This document shows, piece after piece, positions 37,815-55,700 of a stretch of DNA of 64,000 nt. Both the position numbers and the translations under genes were made by a program. Under the pieces are notes generated by a model. That model saw only the letters and a program-made list of their open reading frames with translations, did not search any database and was not told where the DNA came from. This DNA is from Candidatus Multivorans sp. (GTDB lineage Bacteria; Acidobacteriota; Thermoanaerobaculia; Multivoradales; Multivoraceae). Within the stretch, counting starts at the first letter, position 1, and every line of letters begins with the position of its first letter. The stretch spans positions 1,568,001-1,632,000 of the forward strand of contig OZ245033.1 in the NCBI GenBank assembly GCA_965224025.1, in the 5' to 3' direction.

Positions 37815-38022
37815 CTAGCCGAGCAGGAGCTTGAGCGCCGCGACGGTTAACGCACCGACGGTGAACATCGTGGCGACCATGGTCGCAACCATCCAGACCT
37901 TGAGGTTTGCCATGTCGGCTTTGGTCGCCACATGCTCCATGCGCTCGTCGATACGGGCGCGCCATGCAACCCAGTTCTTCGGTCCGCGGCAGGTCTACGG
38001 CCGTCGTTTCCGCGCTCGTCAT
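37815..38022 (-). pseudogene. Frameshifted small coiled-coil/TM protein (DUF1640-like); intact part 37815-37940
   Basis: RIDERMEHVATKADMANLKVW plus TM helix; the RBS-led ATG at 38022 is in another frame. Confidence 0.55.
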
Positions 38023-38174
38023 TTCATCAAGCCTCCACAAGGCGCCTCGATGAACAGACAAGTTGGCCCGAGCAGTATGACATAGGCCCGGCCGCCGATC
38101 GTCTCGACGGAACCCGACTTCAGCGGGCTGTTAGCCTCGCAGGCCCGTCGAGACCTGTCCCGGGAGAGACCGTC

Positions 38175-41066
<2,892 letters not shown>

Positions 41067-41113
41067 CCCGCATCACGACCTTCCCCGACCCATTCCTCGC
41101 GAAGGAGACGCAC

Positions 41114-42436
41114 ATGAACCTCACGCGCCGCATCGGACTGTTCGCCGCCCTGATCACGCTCCTTGCTCTCCTGCCCGGCGCGGCCGCGGCCGCACCTCCC
41201 GCCGCGGCCGCCGATCAGGCCGGCGCCGCGCCGCTGCCGATCGCCGAGCCGGAGAGCGTCGGTATGTCCAGCGAGAGGCTGCAGCGCCTCTCGGGCGCGA
41301 TGGCGGGCTACGTCGACCGCAAGCAGGTCGCCGGCACCGTCACCCTGGTCGCCCGCCGAGGCAAGGTCGTTCACTTCGAAGCCCAGGGGCAAAGGTGGCA
41401 GGAAGAAGAGGCCCCGATGACCCGGGACACGATCTTCCGCATTGCGTCGATGACGAAGCCGATCGCCTCCGTCGCGCTGATGACCCTCTACGAAGAGGGC
41501 CGGTTCCAACTCCGGGACCCAATCGCGAAGTACCTGCCCGAGTTCGCCGAGATGCAGGTTGCGGTCGTGCCGGACGCCGATGAGTACCTGGGAGCGCCCT
41601 ACAAGCTGGTGGAGGCCGCGCGGCCGATCACCGTTCAGCACATTCTGACCCACACCGCCGGCTTTGCGAACAGCTACCGCGGGCTGGCCGGCGCCGAGTA
41701 CGCAAAGCTCCGGGAGCAGCGCACACCCGACTGGACGGTCGGCGACTTCGTCTCCGCCCTGGCCGAGGCGCCGCTCGAGTTCCACCCCGGCGACGCCTGG
41801 CAGTACGGCCCTTCCGTCGATGTCGTCGGGCGCCTGGTCGAGGTGCTCTCGGGGCAGACCTTCGACGAATACCTGAAGAAACGGATCTTCGCGCCACTCG
41901 GGATGACCGACACAACCTTCTACCTGCCCGAATCGAAGGTCGACCGTTTCGCCGCGCTCTACCGTCCCGGCGAGGACGGCACGATCGTCCTCACCGAGGC
42001 ACCGGATCTCAACGCCCGCCAGGTGCGCGAGCCCCACAAGTACTTCAGCGGCTCCGGCGGGCTCGTTTCGACCGCCGCAGACTACTACCGCTTCCACCAG
42101 ATGATGCTCTCCGGCGGCGAACTGGACGGGAACCGAGTGCTCGGCCGCAAGACCGTCGAACTGATGACCACGAACCACACCGGCGACCACGGCATCTGGC
42201 TACGCGGACCGGGCCACGGTTTCGGTCTCGGCTACAGCGTGGTCACGGACAAGGGACCCTCGGCCATGCCCGCCTCGGTCGGTTCCTACTCCTGGGGCGG
42301 CGCCTACTGCACCGTGTTCTGGGTCGATCCGGAGGAGGAACTGATCGGAATCCTGATGACCCAGGTGAGGCCGTACACCCACCTCAACATTCGCCAGGAC
42401 CTCCAGACCCTCGCCTATCAGGCCATCGTCGACTGA
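41114..42436 (+). CDS. Serine hydrolase, beta-lactamase class C-like
   Basis: AAGGAG RBS, signal peptide, FRIASMTK, LTHTAG, WQYG, WGG. Confidence 0.9.
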   Translation: MNLTRRIGLFAALITLLALLPGAAAAAPPAAAADQAGAAPLPIAEPESVGMSSERLQRLSGAMAGYVDRKQVAGTVTLVARRGKVVHFEAQGQRWQEEEAPMTRDTIFRIASMTKPIASVALMTLYEEGRFQLRDPIAKYLPEFAEMQVAVVPDADEYLGAPYKLVEAARPITVQHILTHTAGFANSYRGLAGAEYAKLREQRTPDWTVGDFVSALAEAPLEFHPGDAWQYGPSVDVVGRLVEVLSGQTFDEYLKKRIFAPLGMTDTTFYLPESKVDRFAALYRPGEDGTIVLTEAPDLNARQVREPHKYFSGSGGLVSTAADYYRFHQMMLSGGELDGNRVLGRKTVELMTTNHTGDHGIWLRGPGHGFGLGYSVVTDKGPSAMPASVGSYSWGGAYCTVFWVDPEEELIGILMTQVRPYTHLNIRQDLQTLAYQAIVD

Positions 42437-42462
42437 CCGGCCCGGCGAAGTAGGGGGCCCCG

Positions 42463-43359
42463 GTGGCGACCTGGGCGATCGGCGATGTCCACGGCTGCTT
42501 CCGCACCCTGGAGGCCCTGATCGACCGCATCGATCTCGACCAGCGCCGGGACCGCTTGTGGATGGTCGGCGACTTGGTGAACCGCGGTCCGCTCTCGCTA
42601 CAGGCCCTGCGATGGGCCCGTGCGCTGGACGATGAGATGAGCGACCGGTTCCAGGTCGTGCTGGGCAACCACGACCTGCACCTGATCGCCCGCGGGCTCG
42701 GCATTGCCGCTGCCCGACCCCGCGACACCCTGGACCAGGTGCTGATGGCTCCCGACAGGGCGGAGCTGATCGAATGGCTCCGGCGCCGCCCCTTCGTGTA
42801 CTCCGGACAGATCGAGAGCAGTCAGTTCGCCCTGGTTCACGCGGGATTGCCAACGGGCTGGTCGCCGAAGGATGTCCATGAGGCGGGCAAGCGACTGGAA
42901 CGGCAACTCCAGAGCAGTGAAGTGTCGTCCCTGCTCGGCCACGATCGATCGGGCAGGGACGAGAGTGGCGGCGCGGCACCACAGTCGAGGAATAGGGCGG
43001 CGCTTACAGCGTTCACACGAATGCGCATGCTCGACTCGAACGCCAGGCCGCACGACTACAGCGGTCCGCCCCAGGAAGCACCGGCGGGTCTACGGCCCTG
43101 GTTCGAGGTGGAGCCCCGTGCCTGCCCCGCCCAAACGGTTGTCTGCGGTCACTGGGCGGCGCTCGGCTACCGTCAGGCGAAGGATCTGATCGCCCTCGAC
43201 ACCGGTTGCGTGTGGAGCGGTAAACTGACTGCGGTCCGTCTCGAAGACCGTCGCGCCGTACAGGAGAAGATGAGCGACCGGCTCACGCAAGCGGTTTCGA
43301 ATCAACTTCCCTCCGAGGCCCTCGGCATCCCTCCGGGTCCCACAGCTTTGCGGTTCTAG
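42463..43359 (+). CDS. apaH: Symmetrical bis(5'-nucleosyl)-tetraphosphatase
   Basis: IGDVHGC, GDLVNRGP, LGNHDLH, VHAG, GHWAALG, LDTGCVW. Confidence 0.93.
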   Translation: MATWAIGDVHGCFRTLEALIDRIDLDQRRDRLWMVGDLVNRGPLSLQALRWARALDDEMSDRFQVVLGNHDLHLIARGLGIAAARPRDTLDQVLMAPDRAELIEWLRRRPFVYSGQIESSQFALVHAGLPTGWSPKDVHEAGKRLERQLQSSEVSSLLGHDRSGRDESGGAAPQSRNRAALTAFTRMRMLDSNARPHDYSGPPQEAPAGLRPWFEVEPRACPAQTVVCGHWAALGYRQAKDLIALDTGCVWSGKLTAVRLEDRRAVQEKMSDRLTQAVSNQLPSEALGIPPGPTALRF

Positions 43360-43493
43360 GAGTCGAGTCGCGGCGTCCGCGCCGCGCTGACGCACAGGAA
43401 ACAGGGTTTGTTCCATGCGAGTTTCGTGTATATAGTCTCAAGTGCATAAGTGGCTGGGCCAGCCCTCAGGCTCAGAGTCAAGGAGTTGGTGAC

Positions 43494-47594
<4,101 letters not shown>

Positions 47595-47740
47595 CGGGGC
47601 TGAACTCCGGGTCGCGACGCCCGGCTTCAGATTCATGGGCTACTCCGGAAACCAATCCGGGCGCCGATGCGTTGTACCCTGTGAAGGCTCCCGGCCATCT
47701 CCGGGAACGGACGGGGAGAAGGCGGAAGAAGGCAATCGAC

Positions 47741-48052
47741 ATGAAGGATGCATACGCGATCTCGCGGATCCTGCTGGCCGATGTCTACGACGCGACGGCG
47801 CAAGAGGAGTCGGCCCCGGCGCCGCCGCGCCAGCGCCTGCGCCGGCTTGCACTGACCCTGTCGACGCTGCTCTTTGCGGCGGCTCACGCGCCGGCCGCCA
47901 AGCGGGCAGCGCCCGATGAAGCGCTTGACCGCCTGAACGAGATGACGCTGACGATCGGCGCCTGCGAGAGCGGCGGTGTGCTCTCCCCCGCCGAAGCAGA
48001 GCGCCTCCGTCAGATGAGCGAGGCGCTGGACCGCAGGCTTCGCCACGCCTAG
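47741..48052 (+). CDS. Hypothetical helical protein
   Basis: 103 aa, GC3-rich codons, purine-rich upstream region. Confidence 0.6.
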   Translation: MKDAYAISRILLADVYDATAQEESAPAPPRQRLRRLALTLSTLLFAAAHAPAAKRAAPDEALDRLNEMTLTIGACESGGVLSPAEAERLRQMSEALDRRLRHA

Positions 48053-49437
48053 ATTAGTCCGAGGCGCCCCGGTAGTTCTTCGGTCATCAACTGATCGACG
48101 TGCCCAGGGCCCGAGCCGATCGCCACGACGTCGAACTTGCCGAAGCGCTCCAGCGGCCCAACGTTGTAGAGCAGGAAGCGCCCCGCGCCGACCCCGCGGT
48201 CGCGCAGTGAATCGCCCAGCCTGTCCAAGAGTTCCTTGAAGCTCAGACCCGCCAGATCGCGGTGGACGAAACCCTGCGCCTGGTAGGGGGGCCGGCCCTC
48301 GGGATACAGCCGGTCGACCAGGTTCATCGGCGTGCTCGTACCGCCCCAGCGCCCGTTGCACTCCGTGAACACGACCCGATCCCGTGGCAGCACGAGGTGG
48401 TCGAACGAGCAGCGGCCAACGTAGCCCATACCCTGGAGGGCGGACGCCACCCGGCCCGACTGCGAGACGATCGCCTGCTCTACATCGGAGGGCAGTCCGC
48501 TCGGCCGGCTGCCCACGAAAACGCCCTCCTCGCCCGCCAGGATCTGCTCGTAGACGCCGTCGAGCCGCGGCCCACCGCGGCCCGGCGGCGGCAGCCACCA
48601 CTGGGTCGACGGCGACGATGTCGATTTTTCCCAGGCAACCGCGAGCACCTCTTCGTTACCGTCCCAGCCGGTGCGCTCGAGAAAACCGCGGACCATGTCG
48701 AGCACGCCTGCGAATCCCTTCCGGCGCAGAGCCGGCGACTCGAACACCTCGTTGCCCATCGCCGACGCGCAGCGCAACCGCTTGAGAGCCACAACCGGGC
48801 TCGCCTCGGCCAGTTCAAGCAACCCGCGAGCCAGGGACTCGGCGGACGCTGAGCGATGGCTGGCGGGCAGAAAGCCGGGCCCCAGAACCGCGGTCACCAG
48901 ATCCTCGAAGCTCGCCTTGTCGTTGGCAATCCAGGCGACCGGTGGGGGCGGCGCCAGCACCCGCACTTGTGTCCCGGTGTCGGTGGCGACCGCCGCGGCC
49001 AGCTCCCAGATCACCTCGATGCCCATGAAGGGCTCGATCACGAATCCCCCCCTCGCCGCCGCCAGAGCGGCCAAACGGGCCCTGGGGGCACCGATCATGC
49101 AGCCTCGCGCGACCGCGAGCCGGTCACGACCGGGATCGACCTCCAGCAACTCGACCGCGCCGAGACCCAAGACATCCCGGATGTACCGCTCGTAGCCGGG
49201 AGACGCGGCGGTCGTGGCGGCAACGACGTCAGCCTCCGCCGCCCGAAGCCGGGCCCGGTGCTGGTAGGACTCGACTCCCGCGATGCCGTCGAGAAAGGGA
49301 ATCCCCGTGAAGTCGTCGATGTGCAGAGCGGGTGTTGGGCCGTCGTTCCCCATATAACGGTACGGCTCGAAGGCGACCAGCCGGCGCCGGAGGTCGAGCC
49401 GCTCCTCGAAGTCCTGCACAACCGGGCGAACGCTCAC
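48049..49437 (-). CDS. ATP-grasp fold protein (preATP-grasp / PGM1-like ligase)
   Basis: GTGA overlap with menE; ANDKA.F, LKR..CASAMGN, SPSTQ, GYVGRCSFD, FTECNGRWGG. Confidence 0.7.
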   Translation of the reverse strand: MSVRPVVQDFEERLDLRRRLVAFEPYRYMGNDGPTPALHIDDFTGIPFLDGIAGVESYQHRARLRAAEADVVAATTAASPGYERYIRDVLGLGAVELLEVDPGRDRLAVARGCMIGAPRARLAALAAARGGFVIEPFMGIEVIWELAAAVATDTGTQVRVLAPPPPVAWIANDKASFEDLVTAVLGPGFLPASHRSASAESLARGLLELAEASPVVALKRLRCASAMGNEVFESPALRRKGFAGVLDMVRGFLERTGWDGNEEVLAVAWEKSTSSPSTQWWLPPPGRGGPRLDGVYEQILAGEEGVFVGSRPSGLPSDVEQAIVSQSGRVASALQGMGYVGRCSFDHLVLPRDRVVFTECNGRWGGTSTPMNLVDRLYPEGRPPYQAQGFVHRDLAGLSFKELLDRLGDSLRDRGVGAGRFLLYNVGPLERFGKFDVVAIGSGPGHVDQLMTEELPGRLGLI

Positions 49438-51008
49438 GGCATCTTCTCCGGGGCGCAGGCGTTGCCCGGTTCGATCAGGAGGTCTCGGCAGGCCTCCCGA
49501 TCGACCTTGCCCGAGCGCGCCACCGGGAGCCGCTCGAGTACCCGCCATTGCCTCGGCCGCTTGAAGCCGGCCAGCCGGGCGCCGAGACGCCGCTCGAGTT
49601 CCACGAGCCCGCCAAGCGACTCGAACCCAGCAGCCGGGACCAGGACGGCGCCCACCTGCTCGCCCCACTCCTCGTCCTCCAGACCGACGACGCAGGCGGC
49701 CGCGGCGCCCTTCCACTCGAGCACGGCGGCTTCGACCTCGGCCGGATCGACGTTCTCTCCGCCCGTCACGATCCGGTCCGCGCGCCGGCCCAGCACACGC
49801 AGCCGGCCGCGCTCGTCGACCGCGCCCATGTCGCCGGTGTCGAACCAGCCGTCCGCGTCGAAGGGTCGTTCGAGCGGCGCGCCCGGTTCGGCGGCGAGAT
49901 AGCCGTCGAAGAGGATCGGACCGCGAATCAGGATCGAGCCCGCGCTACGGGCAGGCTCGGCGCCCACGCTTCGCGCGCCAACTCCGGGAACCCCCGCGTC
50001 CCCGCCCTTATCCGGGCGCGCAACGCCCCTGGTGTCGCGGGCGGCTCCACCCGACTGCTCGACCACACGAACTTCGACTCCCGGTACCGGCATCCCCACG
50101 CCGCCGCGAGCCCGGCCAGGTCGCTCCGTCGCGACCTGAGAGCAGGCCTCGGTCAGTCCATAGGTTGCGAGTACGGGCCAACCGAGGTCCCTGGCGCGCT
50201 CCATCAGCGCCGGCGGCGCCGAATCGCCGCCCACGAGCACGGCGCGGAGGGAAAGCGGCGGGCGCCGAGCAGCCTGAAGCAGTCGAAGGAGCATCGCCGG
50301 CACGACGGACAGCAGCGTGACCCGGTCACGCTCGACAACCCGCAACGTCTCTCCGGCGTCGAAAGCTCCGGAGGCGCCGCGCCCGCCCACAACGACGGTC
50401 CGCCGCGCATGGAGGGAACGGACGACGATCATCAGGCCTCCTACATGCGCGGTCGGCAGGCTCAGGAGCCAGCGATCGTCCGCGCGCCAACCCAGCGCCG
50501 CCCCGTGGGCGCGGGACGAGGCGCAAAGCGCCGTGGGACTGAGGACGGCGCCCCGCGGCGCACCTGCGGTGCCCGAGGTGAAGACGATCGCGGCGCCGCG
50601 GTCACGCGGTCCGATACCGCCCCCGGCGACCCGCCGCGCCGGGACCATCGCGCCGCCGCTCCGAATGATGAGGGAGGCCCCGGCCATCGCGACCGCCCGG
50701 TCACGCTCCGCAGGGCGCCAGCGGGGATGGAGAAGGACGAAGGCCGCCCGGTCCTCGAGGAGGGCCAGAAGCACCGCGACCGTCTCGGTCCCCATGCCGC
50801 CGGTGACCGCAACGACGTTCCTCGAGACGGCAGCATCCTCGCCCGTATTGGACGCCGGCGGTTCGGGCAGCCGCCGTCGCAACGCCTTGCGGATCCGATC
50901 CACGCGCTCGGCCAGCTCCCTCCAGCCGATCTCGCGACCACCGTCGACGAGCGCCGGTCCCGCCGGCGCCTCGCGTGCGGCCGCTTGGACCGAAAGCTCG
51001 CCGCTCAG
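49434..51008 (-). CDS. menE: o-Succinylbenzoate-CoA ligase (start uncertain, apparent CTG)
   Basis: FTSGTAGAPRG, LPTAHVGG, TYGLTEACSQ, FDTGD, TGGENV, SGKVDR; men operon context. Confidence 0.88.
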   Translation of the reverse strand: MSGELSVQAAAREAPAGPALVDGGREIGWRELAERVDRIRKALRRRLPEPPASNTGEDAAVSRNVVAVTGGMGTETVAVLLALLEDRAAFVLLHPRWRPAERDRAVAMAGASLIIRSGGAMVPARRVAGGGIGPRDRGAAIVFTSGTAGAPRGAVLSPTALCASSRAHGAALGWRADDRWLLSLPTAHVGGLMIVVRSLHARRTVVVGGRGASGAFDAGETLRVVERDRVTLLSVVPAMLLRLLQAARRPPLSLRAVLVGGDSAPPALMERARDLGWPVLATYGLTEACSQVATERPGRARGGVGMPVPGVEVRVVEQSGGAARDTRGVARPDKGGDAGVPGVGARSVGAEPARSAGSILIRGPILFDGYLAAEPGAPLERPFDADGWFDTGDMGAVDERGRLRVLGRRADRIVTGGENVDPAEVEAAVLEWKGAAAACVVGLEDEEWGEQVGAVLVPAAGFESLGGLVELERRLGARLAGFKRPRQWRVLERLPVARSGKVDREACRDLLIEPGNACAPEKMP

Positions 51009-51895
51009 CTCCCAGCTCCCAGAACGATGCCGGCCGACAGGAGAAGGCCGAACAGCAGGAGCAGGCGCGCAGTCGCCGCCAGGGACGCATTCAAGGCCGC
51101 CCCCTCGCCCCGCCATACGGACCGCAACACCGTCACCGCAAGCGGCAGCGCCAGCCAGGACAGGAGAGGCCAGGGGCCCAGGCGGGCCACCAGCGGCAGC
51201 GTCGCAAGGTGGGCGGCCAGCACGAGCGCAGCGTACTCGAGCCGCGCGAACCGGGGGCCGAACCGCACCGCCAACGTCCACTTGCCGGCGAGCGCGTCCT
51301 CCTCAAGGTCGCGCAGGTTGTTGGTGACCAGGATCGCCGTCGCCAGCGCACCGACCGCCAGGCCGGACCACCACGCCGCAATCGGCACCTGAAGCGCCTG
51401 CACGTACACCGTGCCGCACACCGCCACCAGGCCGAAGAACAGGACGACGAACAGATCTCCCAAGCCCGTGTAGGCCAACGCCCAGGGGCCGGCCGTGTAG
51501 AGCAGGCCGGACGCGATCGACACCGCGCCGACGACGAGCACCGGCCAGCCGGCGACAGCCGCCAGATAGAGCCCGCACGCCATGCAGATCCCGAACGCGA
51601 TCCAGGCCCCGGCCCAAACCTGGCCGCGGCTGAGCAGTCCCGACTGAACCGCTCGCGCCGGGCCGACGCGTCGCTGTGTGTCGGCGCCGCGATCGAAGTC
51701 GAGGACATCGTTCGAGAGGTTGGTGCCGATCTGGATCGAGATCGCGACGCCCAGGGCCGCCAGCGCGGGACCGGGGACGAAACCGGAGACGGAAACGGCG
51801 CAGGCCGTACCGACCACCACCGGTGTCACCGCAGCCCAGAGGGTCTTCGGCCGGCTCGCCTGAATCCAGGCTCGGAGGCCGCCCCGTCGGCTCAT
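51005..51895 (-). CDS. menA: 1,4-Dihydroxy-2-naphthoate polyprenyltransferase
   Basis: [36 protein letters not shown]. Confidence 0.95.
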   Translation of the reverse strand: MSRRGGLRAWIQASRPKTLWAAVTPVVVGTACAVSVSGFVPGPALAALGVAISIQIGTNLSNDVLDFDRGADTQRRVGPARAVQSGLLSRGQVWAGAWIAFGICMACGLYLAAVAGWPVLVVGAVSIASGLLYTAGPWALAYTGLGDLFVVLFFGLVAVCGTVYVQALQVPIAAWWSGLAVGALATAILVTNNLRDLEEDALAGKWTLAVRFGPRFARLEYAALVLAAHLATLPLVARLGPWPLLSWLALPLAVTVLRSVWRGEGAALNASLAATARLLLLFGLLLSAGIVLGAGS

Positions 51896-52740
51896 GGATA
51901 GCGCTGGAACTTCGAGAAGTCGGGCTTCCGTTTCTCAAGGAACGCCTGGCGACCCTCCTGCCCCTCCCGCGTCATGTAGAACAGCAGCGTCGCGTTGCCC
52001 GCCAGTTCCTGGAGACCCGCCTGACCGTCGCAGTCGGCGTTCATTGCCGCCTTCAGGCAGCGCAGCGCCATGGGGCTGTTGGCCAGCATTTCGCGGCACC
52101 ACTGGAGCGTCTCCTCCTCCAGCCGTTCCAGCGGCACGACGGTGTTGACGAGTCCCATGTCCAGTGCCTGCCGGGCGTCGTACTGGCGGCACAGGAACCA
52201 GATCTCCCGCGCCCTTTTCTGGCCCACGATCCTCGCCATGTAGGAGGCGCCGTAGCCGCCGTCGAAGCTGCCCACGCGCGGGCCGGTTTGACCGAAACGC
52301 GCGTTGTCCGCCGCGATCGTCAGGTCGCAGACCATGTGCAGCACGTGGCCCCCACCGATCGCATAGCCGGCAACCATGGCGACGACCGGTTTAGGCAACG
52401 TGCGGATCTGACGCTGCAGGTCGAGCACGTTGAGGCGCGGTACACCGTCGTCCCCGACGTACCCGGCGTCGCCCCGGATCCGCTGATCGCCGCCCGAACA
52501 GAACGCCATCGGCCCTTCGCCGGTCAGGACGACCGCACCGACTTCGCCGTCGTCCCGCGCCTGCCCGACCGCAGCGCTCATTTCTTCAACCGTCAGCGGC
52601 CGGAAGGCGTTGCGAACCTCCGGCCGGTTGATCGTGATCTTGGCGATCCCCTCCGGTTCGCCATCGACATGGGATTTCTCGTACCGAATGTCGGTGTACT
52701 CACCGGCGTTTCGCCACTCCTGGCTCGATTCTCCACTCAT
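51892..52740 (-). CDS. menB: 1,4-Dihydroxy-2-naphthoyl-CoA synthase
   Basis: [41 protein letters not shown]. Confidence 0.97.
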   Translation of the reverse strand: MSGESSQEWRNAGEYTDIRYEKSHVDGEPEGIAKITINRPEVRNAFRPLTVEEMSAAVGQARDDGEVGAVVLTGEGPMAFCSGGDQRIRGDAGYVGDDGVPRLNVLDLQRQIRTLPKPVVAMVAGYAIGGGHVLHMVCDLTIAADNARFGQTGPRVGSFDGGYGASYMARIVGQKRAREIWFLCRQYDARQALDMGLVNTVVPLERLEEETLQWCREMLANSPMALRCLKAAMNADCDGQAGLQELAGNATLLFYMTREGQEGRQAFLEKRKPDFSKFQRYP

Positions 52741-52767
52741 CCCGCACGCCTCCTTCGACCGGTGACA

Positions 52768-55700
52768 CTACAACGGCGGGCGGAGGTCCCCGGGCGGCTG
52801 CCGGAGCAGATCGAGCAGTTCGTCGACGCTCAGGCGTCCGGCCGCGGACGCGCCCTCGAGCAACTGATCGGCAAGGTCGCGTTTGCGCTGGTGCAGATCC
52901 ATGATCTGCTCCTCGATGGTGCCTTCCGTGACCAGGCGGTAGATGGTCACGGGCCGTGTCTGCCCGATTCGGTGGGCGCGGTCCGAGGCCTGGTCCTCCA
53001 CCGCCGGGTTCCACCAGGGATCCATGTGGATCACATAGTCGGCGGCGGTGAGGTTCAGGCCGACGCCGCCGGCCTTCAACGAAATCAGGAAGACATCGCC
53101 CTCGCCGGCCTGAAATGCCGCTATGCGCTCGGTTCGGCGCTTCGCAGGCGTCGAGCCGTCGAGGTACTTGTAGCTGACGCCGGCCCCCTTCAAGTACTCC
53201 TCGATCAGCTTCAAGTGCTTGACGAACTGTGAGAAAACCAACACCTTGTGCCGATTCTCCAACAGTCCCTCCAGGGTCTCCGCAAAGGTGGCGAGCTTCG
53301 AACTCGGCGCATTGCTCGAGTCGAGCACCAGCCGCGGATTGCAGCAGGCCAGCCGCAGGCGCGTCAGGTGTGCGAGCACCTGCACCCGTCGAGCGCCCTC
53401 GCCCAGATCGGGGTCCACTTCGCGCGCCGTCTCGAGCTCTTCGACGGCCCGCTGGCGCAGGGCTTCGTAGAGCACCGACTCCTCTGCCGACATGCCTACA
53501 TGCAGCGTGATCTCCGTCCTCTCCGGCAAGTCGTCGAGCACATCGGCCTTCAAGCGCCGCAGCATGAACGGTGCGATCAGTCGACGCAGCCGGGCTTGCG
53601 CCACGGCGTTTCCGTCGCGTTCGATCGGAAGACCGAACTCGCGACGGAACCGTTGCAGGGAACCGAGCAACCCCGGATTGAGGAAACCGAACAGCGAGTG
53701 CAGGTCCATCAGGTTGTTCTGAATCGGCGTGCCGGTGGTAACCACCCGGAACCCCGCACTCAATCGCCGCGCGGCCTGAGTGCGCTTGGCGACGGGGTTC
53801 TTGATCGCCTGGGCCTCGTCCAGTGCGACGCTATGCCAGTGCACGCCTGCCAGCAGCTCGATGTCGTTCTGCAGCACGCCGTAGGTGGTAACGAACAGAT
53901 CGAACGGCTCGGGCGCCTCGATCAGTGTCGCACGCGACGACGCCGGGCCGGCATAGACCGTGACGTTCAGGGTGGGGGCGAAACGGTGCGCCTCATCGAC
54001 CCAGTTGGCGACGACGGAGGTCGGGGCCACCACCAGCGCGGGACCGACGGGCGCCCGCTCAAGGAGCACGGCAAGCGTCTGCACGGTCTTCCCGAGGCCC
54101 ATGTCGTCGGCGAGGCAGGCGCCCGCTCCCCAGTGCGCGAGACGTGCCAGCCAGCGGTAGCCGTCTCGCTGATAGGGCCGCAATTCGGCTCGCAAGGTGC
54201 TCGGCAGCCTCACCTCGAAGGACTCCGCTGCGGCGATGCGCTTCCGGAGGTCGCGCCAACCGGCGTCGGCCTCGACTTCCGCGCTGTCGAACAGTTCGTC
54301 GAGCGCCAGCGTCGCGAGCGGATGCAACCGCACCGCGCCCTTGGCTGCCGGCGCAGACAGACTGGCGAAGTCGTCGAGCTGGCGGCGCAGGGCGCCGGTC
54401 AGCGCGAGAAACTCGCCCTTGTCCAGCTCCAGGAAACGCGAACCCGGATGTTCGTCGAGCAGTTCGAACAGCCGCTTCAAATCCAGGATCCGCCCTTTGT
54501 CGATGGGGAGCTTGCCGGACGCCTGCATCCACTCCGCCGCCGACTTGAAACTCAAGCTCAGCGAAGCCGTTGACGCCTGGGCGACGATACGGAACGGCTC
54601 GCCCCTTGGCCGCTTGCAGCGGGCGCCGATGGAGGCGAGGCGGTCCAGCAACTCGAGGCAGTGGCCGGGCTCCGGTATCACCAGGGGTTCCAACTCGGTG
54701 GGGCGCGAAGAAAGCGGCGGGCACTGCTCGATCAACCGGTCGGCCGCGAGGCGTTCCGCGTCCAGGTCGCGTCGCGCCTGTACCGGCATCCCGTCACGAT
54801 GAGCGAACACGTTGACGCCGCCGGCGCCCGGCGTAAAGTGGATGTCCGAGTCTGGAATCGGTTCGACGACAAGCGCCGCGGTCAGTCCGGTGTCCATAGG
54901 TTCAAGGCGCACCCAGGGTTGCGCGTCCGCCGGCACCCGTGCAGCGTTGGCGGCTCCGTCGACGGTGTCGCTCTGCACCCGGATGCTGGAGGCAAGTGCC
55001 GAAACCGCAGCCAACAGGCGCGGCTTGGCGTCGGCGGGCAAGACCAGACCGGCCTCCGGTATGACCTCGAACAGGCGCCGGTGCTCCGGCGCGAAGCGCG
55101 TCACCTCGCACCGCCGTTCGGACGTCATCACGGCGAGGTGGTTGTCGCCAGGATCCGGATCGCGGGGCTCCATGTGGACGACGGCGCGACCTTCGGCGTC
55201 CTCGTCGATGGTGAGTTCGGGCTCTCGCCGCACAATGTCCACCGGTTCGCCGTCGACGTTGAAGACGTGCGGATGGCCGGCGAGTTCGAACAGGCTGGCC
55301 AGACCCAGATAGTGTTCCCCGCGGCGGCCCCAGTAGCGATCGGTAGACACCGCAGCGATGGCCTCGCGATCCTGCGGCAGCAGGAAGTCCATCCTTGCGG
55401 CCTCGGTGACCAGGCGCTTCACCGCTATCCGCCTGCCCTTGGTCCAGGAATCGTTCTGCCTCTCTCCTTGTTCGCGCACGCTGAGCGTGATCCAAGCGTC
55501 TCCATCGACGATCTCCCACGCCAGACGGCGCCTGCCCGTTGGCCGCGCCTTGCGGTCCCTGCTCGCCTTGCGGCGGGCGTCGCTCGCGAGATGCTCGAGC
55601 GACTTCAGTGCGTTCTCCCAATCCTGTATCGGCGTCGCGACATCGAGCAGTGTCCCGGCCCCGAGTTCGGCGTGACCGGCGGCGGGGATTGCACGGTCGG

